Assembly: GCA_964016885.1 (NCBI GenBank)
Contig: OZ024740.1
Span: forward strand, 349,370,001 to 349,434,000
From: Eledone cirrhosa
Lineage: Eukaryota
Direction of reading: 5' to 3'
Length of the DNA stretch: 64,000 bases
Shown one piece after another: positions 14,791 to 28,552 of the stretch. Both the position numbers and the translations under genes were made by a program. How positions within the stretch are numbered: position 1 is the stretch's first letter; the number at the start of each line of letters is the position of its first letter. The notes beneath the pieces are model-generated. The model was not told the origin of the DNA and made no database searches. It saw nothing but the letters and a program-made list of their open reading frames with translations.

Positions 14791-14920
14791 ATATATATAT
14801 TTTTTTTTATGTATATATATATATATATATATATTTATCCCTCTATCTCTCCCCTCTCTCTCTCTCCATCCCTCCCACTATAAACAATTTTATTCTCTTT
14901 AACTCACTACACTCTAAATC

Positions 14921-15011
<91 letters not shown>

Positions 15012-15093
15012 ATATGGATGAAACACTGTTAGAAAATAAAACAATGTATTTCTAAGCACTCTTTAATTATTCCTAAACTTATATATAAATATA

Positions 15094-15182
<89 letters not shown>

Positions 15183-15348
15183 AATTTATATCTAGTAACA
15201 TATATATACATACAAATGCATATCGATGCTAGCAAATATATAGGTTTTGTCTTATTAACATTGTGGTTCAATGCATGGGGTTGCAGAACAATAATATAAG
15301 AGACGTAAGATAAGAAAATTATAAAATTAACTTACTTACTAAAATATC

Positions 15349-15430
15349 ACTTCCAACTAATTAGTTTCTGGAATGGAGTAGATACATCTTCCGAAGAAGG
15401 TGTGGAGAAACATCCCGTCATCAGGAAAGT
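15349..15430 (-). ncRNA. Type I hammerhead ribozyme (module B)
   Basis: Same motif as 2943-3024. Confidence 0.75.
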
Positions 15431-15885
15431 CTATTCTCATATAAGTTTCCAGGCAAAGCGAGGACTCGGGAAGCTTATTAAAAAATAAATCAGTGAATAG
15501 GAAATAGCAAAGCGTGGACTTACTTCCTAGCCACTGAGAAAATCACTGCCTCTGTGTCTGTGGCAAATTCAAAAAGAATCGAACACGTGACATCGAGGTC
15601 AATCGGTGGAAAGTGGGTTGTTAATAAGACAGCGGCCAGCCTACTACCGTAGCAGCAGTCATGGCCAGTATTGCTCGACAAATATTTTGGAGATAATAAT
15701 AAAGAATTTATATCTAGTAACATATATATACATACAAATGCATATCGATGCTAGCAAATATATAGGTTTTGTCTTATTAACATTGTGGTTCAATGCATGG
15801 GGTTGCAGAACAATAATATATATATATATATTTTTTAATAAGCTTCCAGAGTCCTCGCTTTGCCTGGAAACTTATATGAGAATAG

Positions 15886-15967
15886 ACTTTCCTGATGACG
15901 GGATGTTTCTCCACACCTTCTTCGGAAGATATATCTACTCCATTCCAGAAACTAATTAGTTGGAAGT
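15886..15967 (+). ncRNA. Type I hammerhead ribozyme (module B, plus strand)
   Basis: actttc CTGATGA cgggatg...cttcttcggaag...cattcca GAAA ctaattag TT ggaagt. Confidence 0.75.
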
Positions 15968-16133
15968 GATATTTTAGTAAGTAAGTTAATTTTATAATTT
16001 TCTTCTCTTACGTCTCTTATATTATTGTTCTGCAACCCCATGCATTGAACCACAATGTTAATAAGACAAAACCTATATATTTGCTAGCATCGATATGCAT
16101 TTGTATGTATATATATGTTACTAGATATAAATT

Positions 16134-16188
<55 letters not shown>

Positions 16189-16264
16189 TATATTTATATA
16201 TAAGTTTAGGAATAACGAAAGAGTGCTTAGAAATACATTGTTTTATTTTCTAACAGTGTTTCAT

Positions 16265-16339
<75 letters not shown>

Positions 16340-16342
<3 letters not shown>

Positions 16343-19300
16343 TTAGGGAAGCAGAAAATTGGTTATTGTAACACAGCTCGTGGTTAAGACAGCCAGTTTT
16401 ATGGACGGTTTCAACGTACGGTTAGGGGTTACTCCACAAGTTTGTAAGAATCACGTTCAATCTTGGAGTGCAAAGGATAAAAGTGAAAACACAGGTAAGC
16501 ATTAAAAAAGATGATTATGAATATCACATTCAAAAAGCAGAGGAATAATAAACTCCAGAATGACATGAATACATTCCTAAAATGGAATTATTTTCAAAGC
16601 AGACAAAACCTCAAATGTGTATACGATGGATATTAATACATACCATAGCTTCATACGGAAGGAATTACACAGGAAATACAAAAACTATAACGAGACGGCA
16701 CTGATAAACATAAACAACGAGGCACACAATATTGTCAAACGCCTAGGAATAGACGACAGAACGGAGCCACTGAGGCCATTTACCCCCACATTTAATCTCA
16801 AGGACCATAAGGTAAATTTTGATTATAACCCCACAATTAGACTTATATGCCTGTCCAAATCGGACATTGGGAAAATTAGTAAACATATATTAGACAGAGT
16901 GATAGCACAAATGAATAATAAACTAGTAGTTAAACTATGGTGTAACACTACCGAAACAATTAAATGGTTTAACAATATAGCTAACAAAAAAGTGTCTAAG
17001 TTTATACAATTTGACATTAACGACTATTACTCCTCTATATCTCCCAACACCTTGGATAAAGCCTTAGCATTCACCAAAGCCAATTCTGACCTGACAGACG
17101 ACGAGATAAAAATTATATTAGCTGCTAGGAAAACAATAATTAAATTTGAAAAAGCCTATTGGGAACGTAAGGATAGATTAAATAACTTCGACATCATGAT
17201 GGGGACTAATGACTCGGCGCAAGTCACAGATCTAGTAGGTATTTACATAGCCCATATTTACAGAGGGAGTTTAGCGACCTTCACGATGGAATCTACAGAG
17301 ACGACGCCCTTCTCCTAGTTAAGAACCTAAATAACCAGAGCATAGAAAGACTGCGTAAGAATATTAGAATGACTATCGAAAAACTGGGCCTTAGCATAAC
17401 GTACGAATATAGCACTAAAATAGTTAACTTTCTAGACGCGACGCTTAACCTAAATACGGGATTTGTAAGACCTTTTCTCAAGATTAATGAAAACTTAGCA
17501 TACATCAACTGTAATTCGAACCACCCACTATCCATAATTAAATCCGTTCCGCGCAGCATATCCCTCAGGATTTCCCGCCTCTCGTCTAACCAACAAATCT
17601 TCGAGGAACAAGCAGAATACTACAATACCGCACTTGACAAGGCAGACCACTTAGATAGAGTAGAATATATAGATGAAAGCCTCCAGAAAGCACACACGAA
17701 CACGCATAACACAAACTCCAGAAACACACGCACACACACATTCACGCATAGAACTACAAATTATAATGATAATAGAAATACAACATCGAAATCAAGCAGG
17801 TCACGCAGTAGAAAATATATTTGCTATAACCCCATATTTAACACCTCTATTAGTACTAACCTACCCTCTACCATCTTTAGAATAATAATTAAGCACTTTC
17901 CAGATTCACATAGATACAGTAAAATCCTTAACACTAAATCTATTAGACTATCTTACTCCACGGCACCGAACATAGAGGCACACATTAAGATGTATAACGC
18001 TAAAAAGATACGTAACAACACCAGAACACAAATTTATAACAATACAATTACCATTGAACACAACAGAATATCTAATACACAACAACCTACTAATAGGCAA
18101 ACAAGACGTAACACACTTGTACAGGCATCGCATCCCACTAATAATGCCAAGGTTGCCCATGGCAAGAATCGTAATTGCCACCTACCTGAAACCTGTCCAT
18201 TACATAACGAATGTATGCAGTCTAACCTGGTTTACCAATGCACCGTGGAATCAGACAACCAGAAGTGGTATTACAACGGAGCGACTGGGAATACATCATG
18301 TAAAGCTCGTTGGTATACACACCGTTACGCAATGAAACATTCCCAGCATCGTTATGTAACTACCCTTGCGAACAAGACATGGCAACTGAGGGAAATTAAC
18401 CATCAATACACCTGAAGTGGAAAAAATTATCGAACGCGCCCCCATATCGGAGTGGTATGAGAAGCTGTCGATTATGTGACCTTGAGCTGTTCCACATTTT
18501 AAGTTCGAAGAATAAATTACTCAACAATAAAATCAAAAGATCGATTTATTGTAACCATAGACTCAAAGAAAAGTTTGCGCACGACAAGTGCAAATCGAAC
18601 CCTTAACATCTTACTACCACCTGACAAACTGCATATACTTAGACTTTCTACCCTCTTATTGTATACAACCCCTTCAATTACCCACAAAAACCAATACCTA
18701 TATCCCTCCCTTCCTCTTCATTCCTTTTCTATTTCTTTTCGTTTTCTTCCTTTCTTCTCTCCCTTTTTTTATGTCTTTTCTTTTCTTCTTTCTCCCACCC
18801 CCCCCCCTTCTTTATTTTATTTATTTATATATATATATATATTTTTTTTTTTATATATATATATATATATTTATCCCTCTATCTCTCACCCTCCCTCGCT
18901 CTCTTTCTCCATCCCTCCCACTATAAACAATTTTATTCTCTTTAACTCACTACACTCTAAATCGACATCATGTCTACATATATCAAAACTGATCAAAGAT
19001 TCCTTCCACCTCTACCACTCCCTCCATCTCAGTTTGTCACCCAACTCCCTAATTCCTCTCCCCCTTCATCTCTCTCTCTCTATACTACTCCCTTTGTCCC
19101 TCAACTTTCTAATTCCTCTTCCTCTCTCTCTATACTAGCAAATAGAATTCCAAAAAATGTTTTTCTATTTATTAAGAACTTGTTAAGAGTAACTTATTCA
19201 CTATTTTGAAAATTTGGACGTGTACAACAATTATGATTGAATGGCTGCTATTTGCAGTATAGCAATATAAGGCTGTACTTACCAATGAAACGGTCGTAAA

Positions 19301-19355
19301 TACCTAGATAAAATATTTTTTCTTTTAATACTTACCTGTGTTTTCTCTTTTATCC
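16340..19355 (+). mobile_element. Naiad-type PLE (5'-truncated, frameshifted RT plus GIY-YIG endonuclease) in the palindrome spacer
   Basis: RT motifs FIQFDINDYY, GIYRDD (after a frameshift) and VNFLDATLNL; linker NCHLPETCPLHNEC; endonuclease LVYQC...YYNGAT...KARW and CRLC. A short inverted repeat links about 16476-16505 with 19325-19355. Confidence 0.88.
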
Positions 19356-19386
<31 letters not shown>

Positions 19387-19521
19387 GTCGATTTAGAGTG
19401 TAGTGAGTTAAAGAGAATAAAATTGTTTATAGTGGGAGGGATGGAGAGAGAGAGCGAGAGAGGGGAGAGATAGAGGGATAAATATATATATATATACATA
19501 AAAAAAAAATATATATATATA

Positions 19522-20407
19522 TAGTGACGAAACATAAGTCAATTGCATGAACTCATAATCCTTTATTTACTGCTATATATATTTCGATGATAGCCATTGA
19601 ATGGTTATGACCTCATCAGGCAGTTAGTCAGTTCGTAGATATGCCAGCTCTGTGTTTATGGTGTTGATGGTATCAGAGCCTTGGGACATATGAGGTTGTT
19701 AGGAATATTTTGATGTTGTCAGCAGGAATAGTCTTGATTCTCATTGGTCTGTTTGTAGATGGTAGTAGGTTGGTATTTGACCTCAAAGAGGCAGGTGGTT
19801 CTGTAAGGTTCAAACCGTCAGGCAAGATGACAATAGTTCCACATGACTGATTTTCACAAAAGGCATATTTTCAAATAGGGTTAATAGTATGAAATAGATA
19901 CTACAGGTCATTCTTAAATTGAGGAATTTATGTGGAGTGGTGCTACTGAAAATTATGGTTGGAGTAGAAAGTTTACAAATAAAAAGGCTTATGTAGGTTG
20001 GCTTGCACTACACTCACACACACCTCCGCAGACACACACACACTTCCACACATACAAAAAGTGGGGTAGTAATACTTAATATAATGGTTAGAGTCCAATA
20101 CTTAGATAGTTTAGAAAATTTAGAAATAAAAGGTTTATGCTGGTTCACTTGTACAAACACTCACACCAATGTTGAGTATTACAATTAAAGAGAATTAATA
20201 AGAATTAAAAACTAAAATTTAATGTTTTAAAATTAATTGTTGGGGTAAGTTTTTTGCATCTTCCTTGTTGAGAAGGAGACTGGAAAATGAACTCTTGTGT
20301 ATATATATATATATATAATAAGGGTTGACGGACCCAGCATATTTATCAATGCCAGTACCGGTTGTATCTCAGTGCACTCAATGGGCAATGTAACATACAT
20401 TACCAGA

Positions 20408-20452
<45 letters not shown>

Positions 20453-20458
20453 TATATA

Positions 20459-20547
<89 letters not shown>

Positions 20548-20995
20548 GTAATCAAAAATATTTTGTAAACATGTGTGTATCTCAATTGTGTTAATGGACT
20601 GGACAAGGGTTGAGATGGGGGAGGCGAGGGAGAAGTTGTAAACTAGAGGAAAATTCTGTGGGATTGGCAACAGTAGGTTTGTAAAAAAAATTTTATTTTT
20701 GGAATATGATTTTAGAGTGTGTGTGTGTGTGTGTGTATATGTAAAAATACACACACGTGTGTGTGTGTTTTTTTGTAGGTGTGATTTGGTGTGGTCTGTT
20801 TATGTGTGCGCGCGCGCGTGTGTGTGTATGTGTGTGTGTGTGCGTGCGGGAGGGAGATAGTGTGTGTGTGTGTGTAATGGGCTGTGTGTAATAATTTTTC
20901 TTTATTTATTCTTTGCTGTTGAATGAAGGAATCGGGGCACTTGTAAAGGGAGAAGATTTTAAAGTTGGGCAGCGTCATTCCTGCTCAGCCGTCAG
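19522..20995 (-). mobile_element. 3' fragment of a Neptune-type PLE (mirror of 13412-14790)
   Basis: ORF 20712-20978 starts MTLPNFKIFSLYKC; pLTR carries a hammerhead. Confidence 0.7.
19569..19624 (-). ncRNA. Minimal type I hammerhead ribozyme (module C mirror)
   Basis: Reverse complement of 14687-14742. Confidence 0.8.
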
Positions 20996-21011
20996 CGTCC
21001 TCAAACTTTTC

Positions 21012-21047
<36 letters not shown>

Positions 21048-21966
21048 ATTCTAGTATTGTGTTCTTTAACAACTAAAAGTATTCTTACACAAGCTTTGCT
21101 TCGTGAAATTCAGTAAGATCATGCATGGATATATAACAACAAGGCATTGGCAAAACGTACTGGGTAAAACGTTCCTACCTTTTTCGTGTCTTCTCTTTTT
21201 CTTCTAGATTATTTATTTATGTTCTGTATCCCTGTTCTAAGTTATTTTTTTTTATACTTTCAATTTGAAGTATATTGGAGAAAATGTAAGCGTGTCTTGG
21301 GTCATCCTTTTAAAAGTATATGAATTCATGTAAATTAATATATACCCATATATATATAAATAAAACTGCATACACAAATTTTACATGAAAATTTAAATCT
21401 ACGTTTTATAGTAGATTCTCATACCTAGCATAATGTCTCAAGTGTGGTGACCAAAATCCTGAATAATATTATTGCAACGTTCATGTTTTGACTATGGTGC
21501 CACGACTATTTCCGGGAACATCGTTGGTATTTATTACCGACATTGAAATAATGTACTGCAAAATATCTCTTGTTTTTAAACTATTTCTCAAAACTGTGAA
21601 CTTACTTTGATGTACTGTCACGTGATATCCTTTTCCTCAAAATTAACATGAAGTATATTGCATAAAAGGGACTGTGTATAGTTTGTGCTTCCTCAAAGGG
21701 CATAGGTGTGATATAACTAGAGCATTCGATTTGTAGATTTCACAAAGATTTCTGACATAGCAAAATATGCACAACATTTCTAGAATACTTAAAACGTTCG
21801 ATCGAAATATATTTGAATTCTCTCATTGGCCCCATAACATATATTGAGGGAAGCTATGGTCAATGAAGTCGTTCCCTGACAAATAATATAGATTATCGAT
21901 ACCATATGAATAAAAGAGAAAATTAGGACTAACCTAATCTGAAACTGGAACATTATTTCCCGTAAA

Positions 21967-22151
21967 GGCGGTGGATTGGCATTATCGGTAGAGGGTCGGA
22001 CGCCATGCTTTGAAGCATAGAGTTACCTCCCTGTATGATCTGAGTTCAAACCCCGCCAATGTTAACTTTGTCTTTCATCCTTCCGGGCTCGATAAAATAA
22101 AGTACCAGTAATGCACTGGGTATTGCTGGCCTTGTGCCAAATGTAGAAACA
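21967..22151 (+). mobile_element. tRNA-derived SINE with 15-bp TSD
   Basis: TSD attatttcccgtaaa at 21952-21966 and 22152-22166; A/B-box-like head and conserved core. Confidence 0.85.
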
Positions 22152-22405
22152 ATTATTTCCCGTAAATTATTACCAGATAAAACATTCTAACGCCTCAAAT
22201 ATCTCTCTGTCTACCATTTCAATATATGGCATGATATACACTTGGGAGAATCCGTACGGACTCAGATATAATAATTTAAAATATCTTATACGGTTCATTC
22301 ATGTTTGAAAACATGCCCCACTAAGTTCTATGTTGTTTAGGATACTATAAATATGTATATTTCCAATAAATGATACAAGTACTTCAACTTTACCTCATCG
22401 GATGT

Positions 22406-22530
22406 AAACTTTCCCGTATTGTTGATAGTTCCGTCTCTATATATTTATAAATGTTTTCAATAATTTGCATTACATTATGACTAAAGTTTGATGTCAATTC
22501 CGCTACCGGTCCTTCATATATATATATAAG
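22406..22530 (+). promoter_or_regulatory. Putative IL-17 core promoter
   Basis: kB-like aaactttccc (22406-22415), AP-1-like tgactaa (22478), CRE/ATF-like tgatgtca (22489) and TATA tract (22517-22529). Motif matches only. Confidence 0.45.
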
Positions 22531-22655
22531 TCCTTTCACCATTGGTTTCATTACAAACGTTTATCACTTTGGGAACTGAACAAACACACGTCTCGTTTGT
22601 AAAATATCTCACGGTTTCTTCATATTTTCCATTTCCAAGTAAACAAACCAATATA

Positions 22656-24722
22656 ATGAAGATAACTAATGTAAGTAACGATTAATTAATATTACTATCT
22701 CATATATTATTTTATGTAGTTATGTGGTTATACTTAGATATGTGTACTCATGAGGTAAAATTTAACAAAAATGCTATTTACTCTAAATAACGTAAATTGG
22801 CACTTGTCATTATGTATGAGGATATATATAATATCAGAGATACGATTGCACCCCAGTAGGATCTCTTGTCTTTTTACCTCACTGCAGATTACTATTAGAT
22901 GTTCAATTTATATTAATGTAGGTTTATGTTGGGTTATCTAATGTATTTTTCACTGTGAGTTAATATATTGTTAAAACTATTATCTACGTTATCAGAAGAG
23001 TTAGCTTTACCTGAACATTTCAGAGATGAGATGCAGTAAGAATTGAACTGGGATAACACGTAACATATGTAACTTATAATAATGGTAATGCTAGCCTCAA
23101 AAAACAGATACATCTATTGTAGTTAAATACGATACTAGTATTATGAGGTTCTAAAGTAATCATAGAAATAATAAATATATTGAAACTATTGTAACAGGTT
23201 AGTTAGGTTCTAAATGTTACATTGGTAAAATGTATTGCAGAATTATATCACTGATAGCATCCTATCGATTGGTAATTTATGTATGAAATTAGAAATTATG
23301 CTCTTATATAGTATTGAATCTTTCTATGTTCCTCTCTTTCTTTCTTCCCTTCTTTCCTATCCATAACTTACAGTGTATTCTGGGACATATTTTAACTTTA
23401 AGAAGAGCCTATCTAATAACTTGGTCTGATCACATCCAATGTTTTCCATAGAATGTGATACATTGTTGTGATACGAAGTGAGATAGAAATGTGAGGAAAA
23501 TATCTACAGCAGTACTGGACCGGTATTGATTTATCGAAAGCGTGAAAGGAATAATAGAGTACCGAATCGAAGATCTTAAAGCAATCTGTGAGATGTTCTA
23601 AACTCTCAGCCAGTATAGTATATATATTGGACTATATAACTGTATATATAATGACACCATTCCACTCAACTAATCCGAAACAAGTAGAAATATTTATATG
23701 GATAAGTAATTATACAGAGACATTACTTTAACACTGCAACTCCAAGTTATAAATTTACTAATGAATGAGATGATCTAAAGATATTTGTTTCATGAGCGAG
23801 TGTATTATTTCCTTTAAAATGTTACATGAAGGTTCTAAAACTACGGGGAACATACCACTTTGTTATGTAGCAGTAGTAAACCTACTGGCAGTAATATCAT
23901 TAATCTATTTCCTCTCTCGTTATAATACTTCCATCGCACATCTCTCATATATTTTTCTATAAATATATGCATTTTATTCATATACACACTGTAGTGAAAC
24001 GTTTTCTTATCACATTACCTGACATCATTCATGATCATACGTCTAGCACACTATAGTAAATAAATGTCTGTGGCTTTCATTTCTATGTATTATGATTTAA
24101 TTCTAAAGTATACAGCTATTTTCTGATTTGTTTATCTGAATAAGTGTCACATTAAAATTATGAAGCACTCTTTGATTTAATATTTTATATATTGCAGGTT
24201 CTCGTACAGATTGTCATTCTTCTCGTCAACTATACCTTAATTGTGACTTCGGCACCCATCCAGATCCAATGTGAAATACCAACTGACCTAAAAGACCAAT
24301 ACGAGAGTTTAACCAGTGAAGACATCGGCAATAAATTCTTTCTACATGCTGAAATGGCTCCAGCAGTAAATAACGAAACAACACTGTCACGAGAGAATGA
24401 AACAAGTACAACACCTGCTGTTTCTTCTGATCTCGTCCATGAACGTTCAATTTGTCCTTGGAACCTGGAGATTATCCATGATCCAACAATCTTCCCTCCA
24501 TCACGTACAGAAGTAGTGTGTCGAGAGGATAATGATTTGTTCCCCGACAAAAATCACCAATGTGAGTCTGTATATACTAAAATGACAGTCCTCAGTCATA
24601 CAGGCACATGTGATAATGGACTTTATGTGTATAGTCCAATTGTAATAAATGTGGCAACATCGTGTGTTTATGCACGGAAAGTTGATGTGATAACTAAGGG
24701 AAATAACGAGTATGAGCAATAA
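22656..24722 (+). CDS. IL17: Interleukin-17-like cytokine, 179 aa; exon 1 22656-22670 (MKITN), exon 2 24198-24722
   Basis: ATG AAG ATA ACT AAT/gtaagt ... ttgcag/GTT; motifs ERSICPW, TEVVC, HQC and VATSC. Confidence 0.88.
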
Positions 24723-25434
24723 AAGCAGTCATATTGAAAATTATAAAACTGCGTTGTAACGCAAAATGTATTCATGATATGAAACATTCAGTTGACCACC
24801 ATGTGGTTTTTGTTATATATATATCGATATATATATAGATATATATATAACCCCATATATCCTATATGCTTATCCTTTATTCTATTTCTTTCAATCTTAA
24901 TTTTTACATTTTAAACATCACTGTTTCAAGCTTTACTATTCTTTACTATTTAATCTTAAATTAAAGGACTTTGTAATACATATTATATATATATTGTGAT
25001 AACCTTTATATTGAAAATGTATATTTTTATGAGAATATACATATACTATATATTAATTGGTTTATAAAATAATTGTATTTTTATATTTAATAAAGTTTGG
25101 TAAACAATGTTCGTCTTTGATCTTTTCTTTCTTTAATTTCTCTAAACTGTCCAAAACATTTATTGATTATGTTAATATTCAGGTAACATGTGTTACATTG
25201 TCAGCTGTGACATTGAGTACTTGATCCCGTGATTTTTGTTCAGTCAATGTATATACATATTTATTAATAATAATCTGCCTGATTGATAATAATAGTTACA
25301 ACAAATTCCATATGAATTAATCTTTTCATCTATCTGCCTATCTGTATATCAATCTATCTATTATTCTATCTGTCTCTATATCTATACAAACGAGTGTAAT
25401 TATGTGTGCTTTTGTGTGGAAAAATAAACATAAT

Positions 25435-25508
<74 letters not shown>

Positions 25509-25820
25509 TTATATATGTATCTATATCTATACCAATATATATCTCTATATATAAAACAGAGGATGTCTGTCTGTCTGTGTAAATCCCTAAAACAGGAGAA
25601 GTACCCGACTGATTTTACACATGCGTTACTTATCTTTCTTGAAGTGCAATGGGCTAAAAAAATAAGGCGTGACTTAATGATAATCCAGCCGATTTTGCTC
25701 GAAATGTGCAGTACACATTAGTTAGTCTCCTCGAATTGCTTTGGATTAAAAAAAAGCGTATAATATTTCGCTAAAAGTTTGGTTAATTTAACAGAGGACA
25801 CAACATTTACTTACTTTTAA

Positions 25821-26605
25821 GCAGGACCATATTCGGAGGATTGAGGAAATGAGGAGGACCTTAAAACTTTTGTCGGCTCCCTGTTGACGTTTCGTGTTTT
25901 CATCACGCGCAAATTCGAGCCCTGTGTACGTTGGCGTGTTATTGACACAGTAAAACTCACGTCTGTGCTATTTCTACTAATACCCCTTTTGTTGCACCTA
26001 CACCGCAGAATGAACGCCCCGCGCAAGTACGCCGAACAGCGGTTGTGTTAATTCCACGGTGACCCCCCACTTGAAATTGTTGATGTTGATCCCAATGGTA
26101 ATTCCGAAGAGTTCGGCATCCGACGTCACAGTTCGGTCTATATCAGATCGGGTAGATTTACGAAGAGGCTATCGTCTCCTGTGGGGAAGGCCCAACATGC
26201 TGTGCGGTTGCATGGCATGTCTTACTCAAGCATTGCAGGCTTTACTCTGTACAGTATGCATGCAGGTATAATAGACATAAATGATGATGTCTGTCCAGAT
26301 GACTAGGTGCGAATCTATAAATCTCCAAAGGTACCTAACCGATTTTCTCCAAATGGAATAAATGATACTCTAAGATTTAGTTCGCTTAAAGAGTATCCAG
26401 CTGATTTTCTTCAGATTTTGCACAGATGTTTCACGATTCGGGCCTGCTGGTGTTTCCAGTAGATGAACAATCACTCCCTGAGAATAAGGGAATTCAAAAA
26501 GTACACAGCTACATTCCTCAATCTTTGCGTATGCGTGTTGCTATTTCCCGTTTCCTACCCCGTGCAACGCCGGCTCCTGCTGCTAATAAGCAAAGAGATA
26601 TTTAA
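25821..26605 (+). pseudogene. Decayed intronless coding-like segment, copy 3
   Basis: Direct copy of 910-1693. One frame runs 25821-26462 with three internal stops, and the C-terminal part lies in a shifted frame. Confidence 0.4.
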
Positions 26606-27732
26606 CATATATACTCACCAAAATTATTTATATAAATATTTATATAAATATCTTGTTGTAATATAATAAAGTAAATCTACTTACAACCTTAATTCTTCAT
26701 AAAATATACTTATAAATATTATCTATATAATATTATAACTCACGATTAGAATAGATCCAATAATTAGTACTATCTCTCAATTTTTAAAATTGGTATTCCA
26801 CCACTTCAACACATTTATGATTCTCATATTATTTCATAGATATTACCAAAATATAATTATAATTAAATATATACATATAATTATATCACTCTCTTTACAC
26901 CATCACTGGCATGACCCTTATAGATATATTTTAATAATTGTTTCTACTTTTGGCACAAGGCCAGCAATTACCCAGTGCATTATTGTTAATAATAATAGTG
27001 TATTTCTAACTATAATATACTTTGTGTATAGTAGAGTACATGCACTGCTGGCACTCCAATGAAGGCCCGTATTGTGGACCCGTTTTATTTTCACTTTCTT
27101 CATTGGAGTGCCAGCAGTGCATGTACTCTACTTTACCTCACTTCATTGTATTTTGTTTTGGATGTAAGGTGTTTGTTGCAGACTGCCTCTGTGGAGAAAT
27201 CCTCTATGCGTGTATTTGGAAATCTAGTGTTATATCGCCTAATGCTTGGAACTGGAACCAGTAGATAGAGGGTGGTGGCCGGATAAGGATAAATCAACCT
27301 GTTACAAGGCGATACTACTGGAGTGCACCATCTTTCCTATAAACAATCCTGCCTGTATAACTGCACCACATCTAACAAACTTTTCTGTTTACTGACTCCT
27401 GCTTACAAGCTTTCATACTCTGCCTGTAAATCATGTATTTGCACTGCTTGTTTGTTTTTTGATCATGCTCAGTAACACTCTCATTCATTTCTTGCTCTCC
27501 TCTCTCAACCTCCTTCTGATAAACTTTTGATGTAATTTTTTATGACATTATATGTATCATGTGTTGTGTGTTGCTCTATACAGCGCTGGCTTGGGACCCC
27601 CCTACTTGTCCTTTTTCTGGTGACTAGGCTCGATGGAGCCTGCTCCGATGATTCCTGCCTTAGGGTATGGATGAAACACTGTTAGAAAATAAAACAATGT
27701 ATTTCTAAGCACTCTTTGGTTATTCCTAAACT

Positions 27733-27773
<41 letters not shown>

Positions 27774-27779
<6 letters not shown>

Positions 27780-28552
27780 GGAAGCAGAAAATTGGTTATT
27801 GTAATCCAGTTCGTAGTTAAGACAGCCAGTTTTATGGACGGTTTCAACGTACGGTTAGGGGTAACTCCACAAGTTTGTAAGAATCACGTTCAATCTTGGA
27901 GTGTAAAGGATGAAAGAGAAAACACAGGTAAGCATTAAAAAAAGATGATTATGAATATCAAATTCAAAAAGCGGAGGAATAATAAACTCCAGAATGACAT
28001 GAATACATTCCTAAAAAATCTGCGAACCACCAATGGAATTATTTTCAAAGCGGACAAAACCTCAAAGGTGTATACGATGGATATTAATACATACCATAGC
28101 TTCATACGGAAGGAATTACATAGGAAATCCAAAAAACTAACGGGACGGCACTGATAAACATAAACAACGAGGCACACAATATAGTCAAACGCCTAGGAAT
28201 AGAGGACAGAATGGAGTCACTGAGGCCATTTACCCCCACATTTAATCTCAAGAACCATAAGGTAAATTTTGATTATAACCCCACAATTAGACTTATATAC
28301 CTGTCCAAATCGGACATTGGGAAAATTAGTAAACATATATTAGACAGAGTGATAGCACAAATGAAAAATAAACTAGTAATTAAACTATGGTGTAACACTA
28401 CCGAAACAATTAAATGGTTTAACAATATAGCTAACAAAAAAGTATCTAAGTTTATACAATTTGACATTAACGACTATTACTCCTCTATATCTCCCAACAC
28501 CTTGGATAAAGCCTTAGCATTCGCCAAAGCCAATTCTGACCTGACAGACGAC
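27774..28552 (+). mobile_element. Naiad-type PLE fragment at the outer end of the palindrome arm
   Basis: Mirror of 5763-6540; the RT is cut off after ANSDLTDD. Confidence 0.85.

Larger units (their letters stand above)
15178..16140. mobile_element. Second array of the 522-bp module B (tandem plus inverted)
   Basis: Same unit as 2891-3412 but entered at a different point (aagaatttatatctag). Inverted copy at about 15832-16140. Confidence 0.8.
19387..28552 (+). repeat. Right arm of the large palindrome
   Basis: Inverted copy of 5763-14923. Confidence 0.95.

Noticed and set aside
18413-18415. In-frame TGA in a Naiad as possible selenocysteine
   Set aside because: It is not at a Cys position. 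The domain continues in another frame (LKWKK...CRLC), so this is a frameshift.
21967-22060. tRNA gene
   Set aside because: It is a tRNA-like SINE head with a conserved core and TSD, not a full cloverleaf.
24192-24197. TTG start of the 176-aa IL-17 ORF (and 10213-10215)
   Set aside because: This is the ttgcag splice acceptor; an in-phase ATG exon with a gtaagt donor lies upstream.
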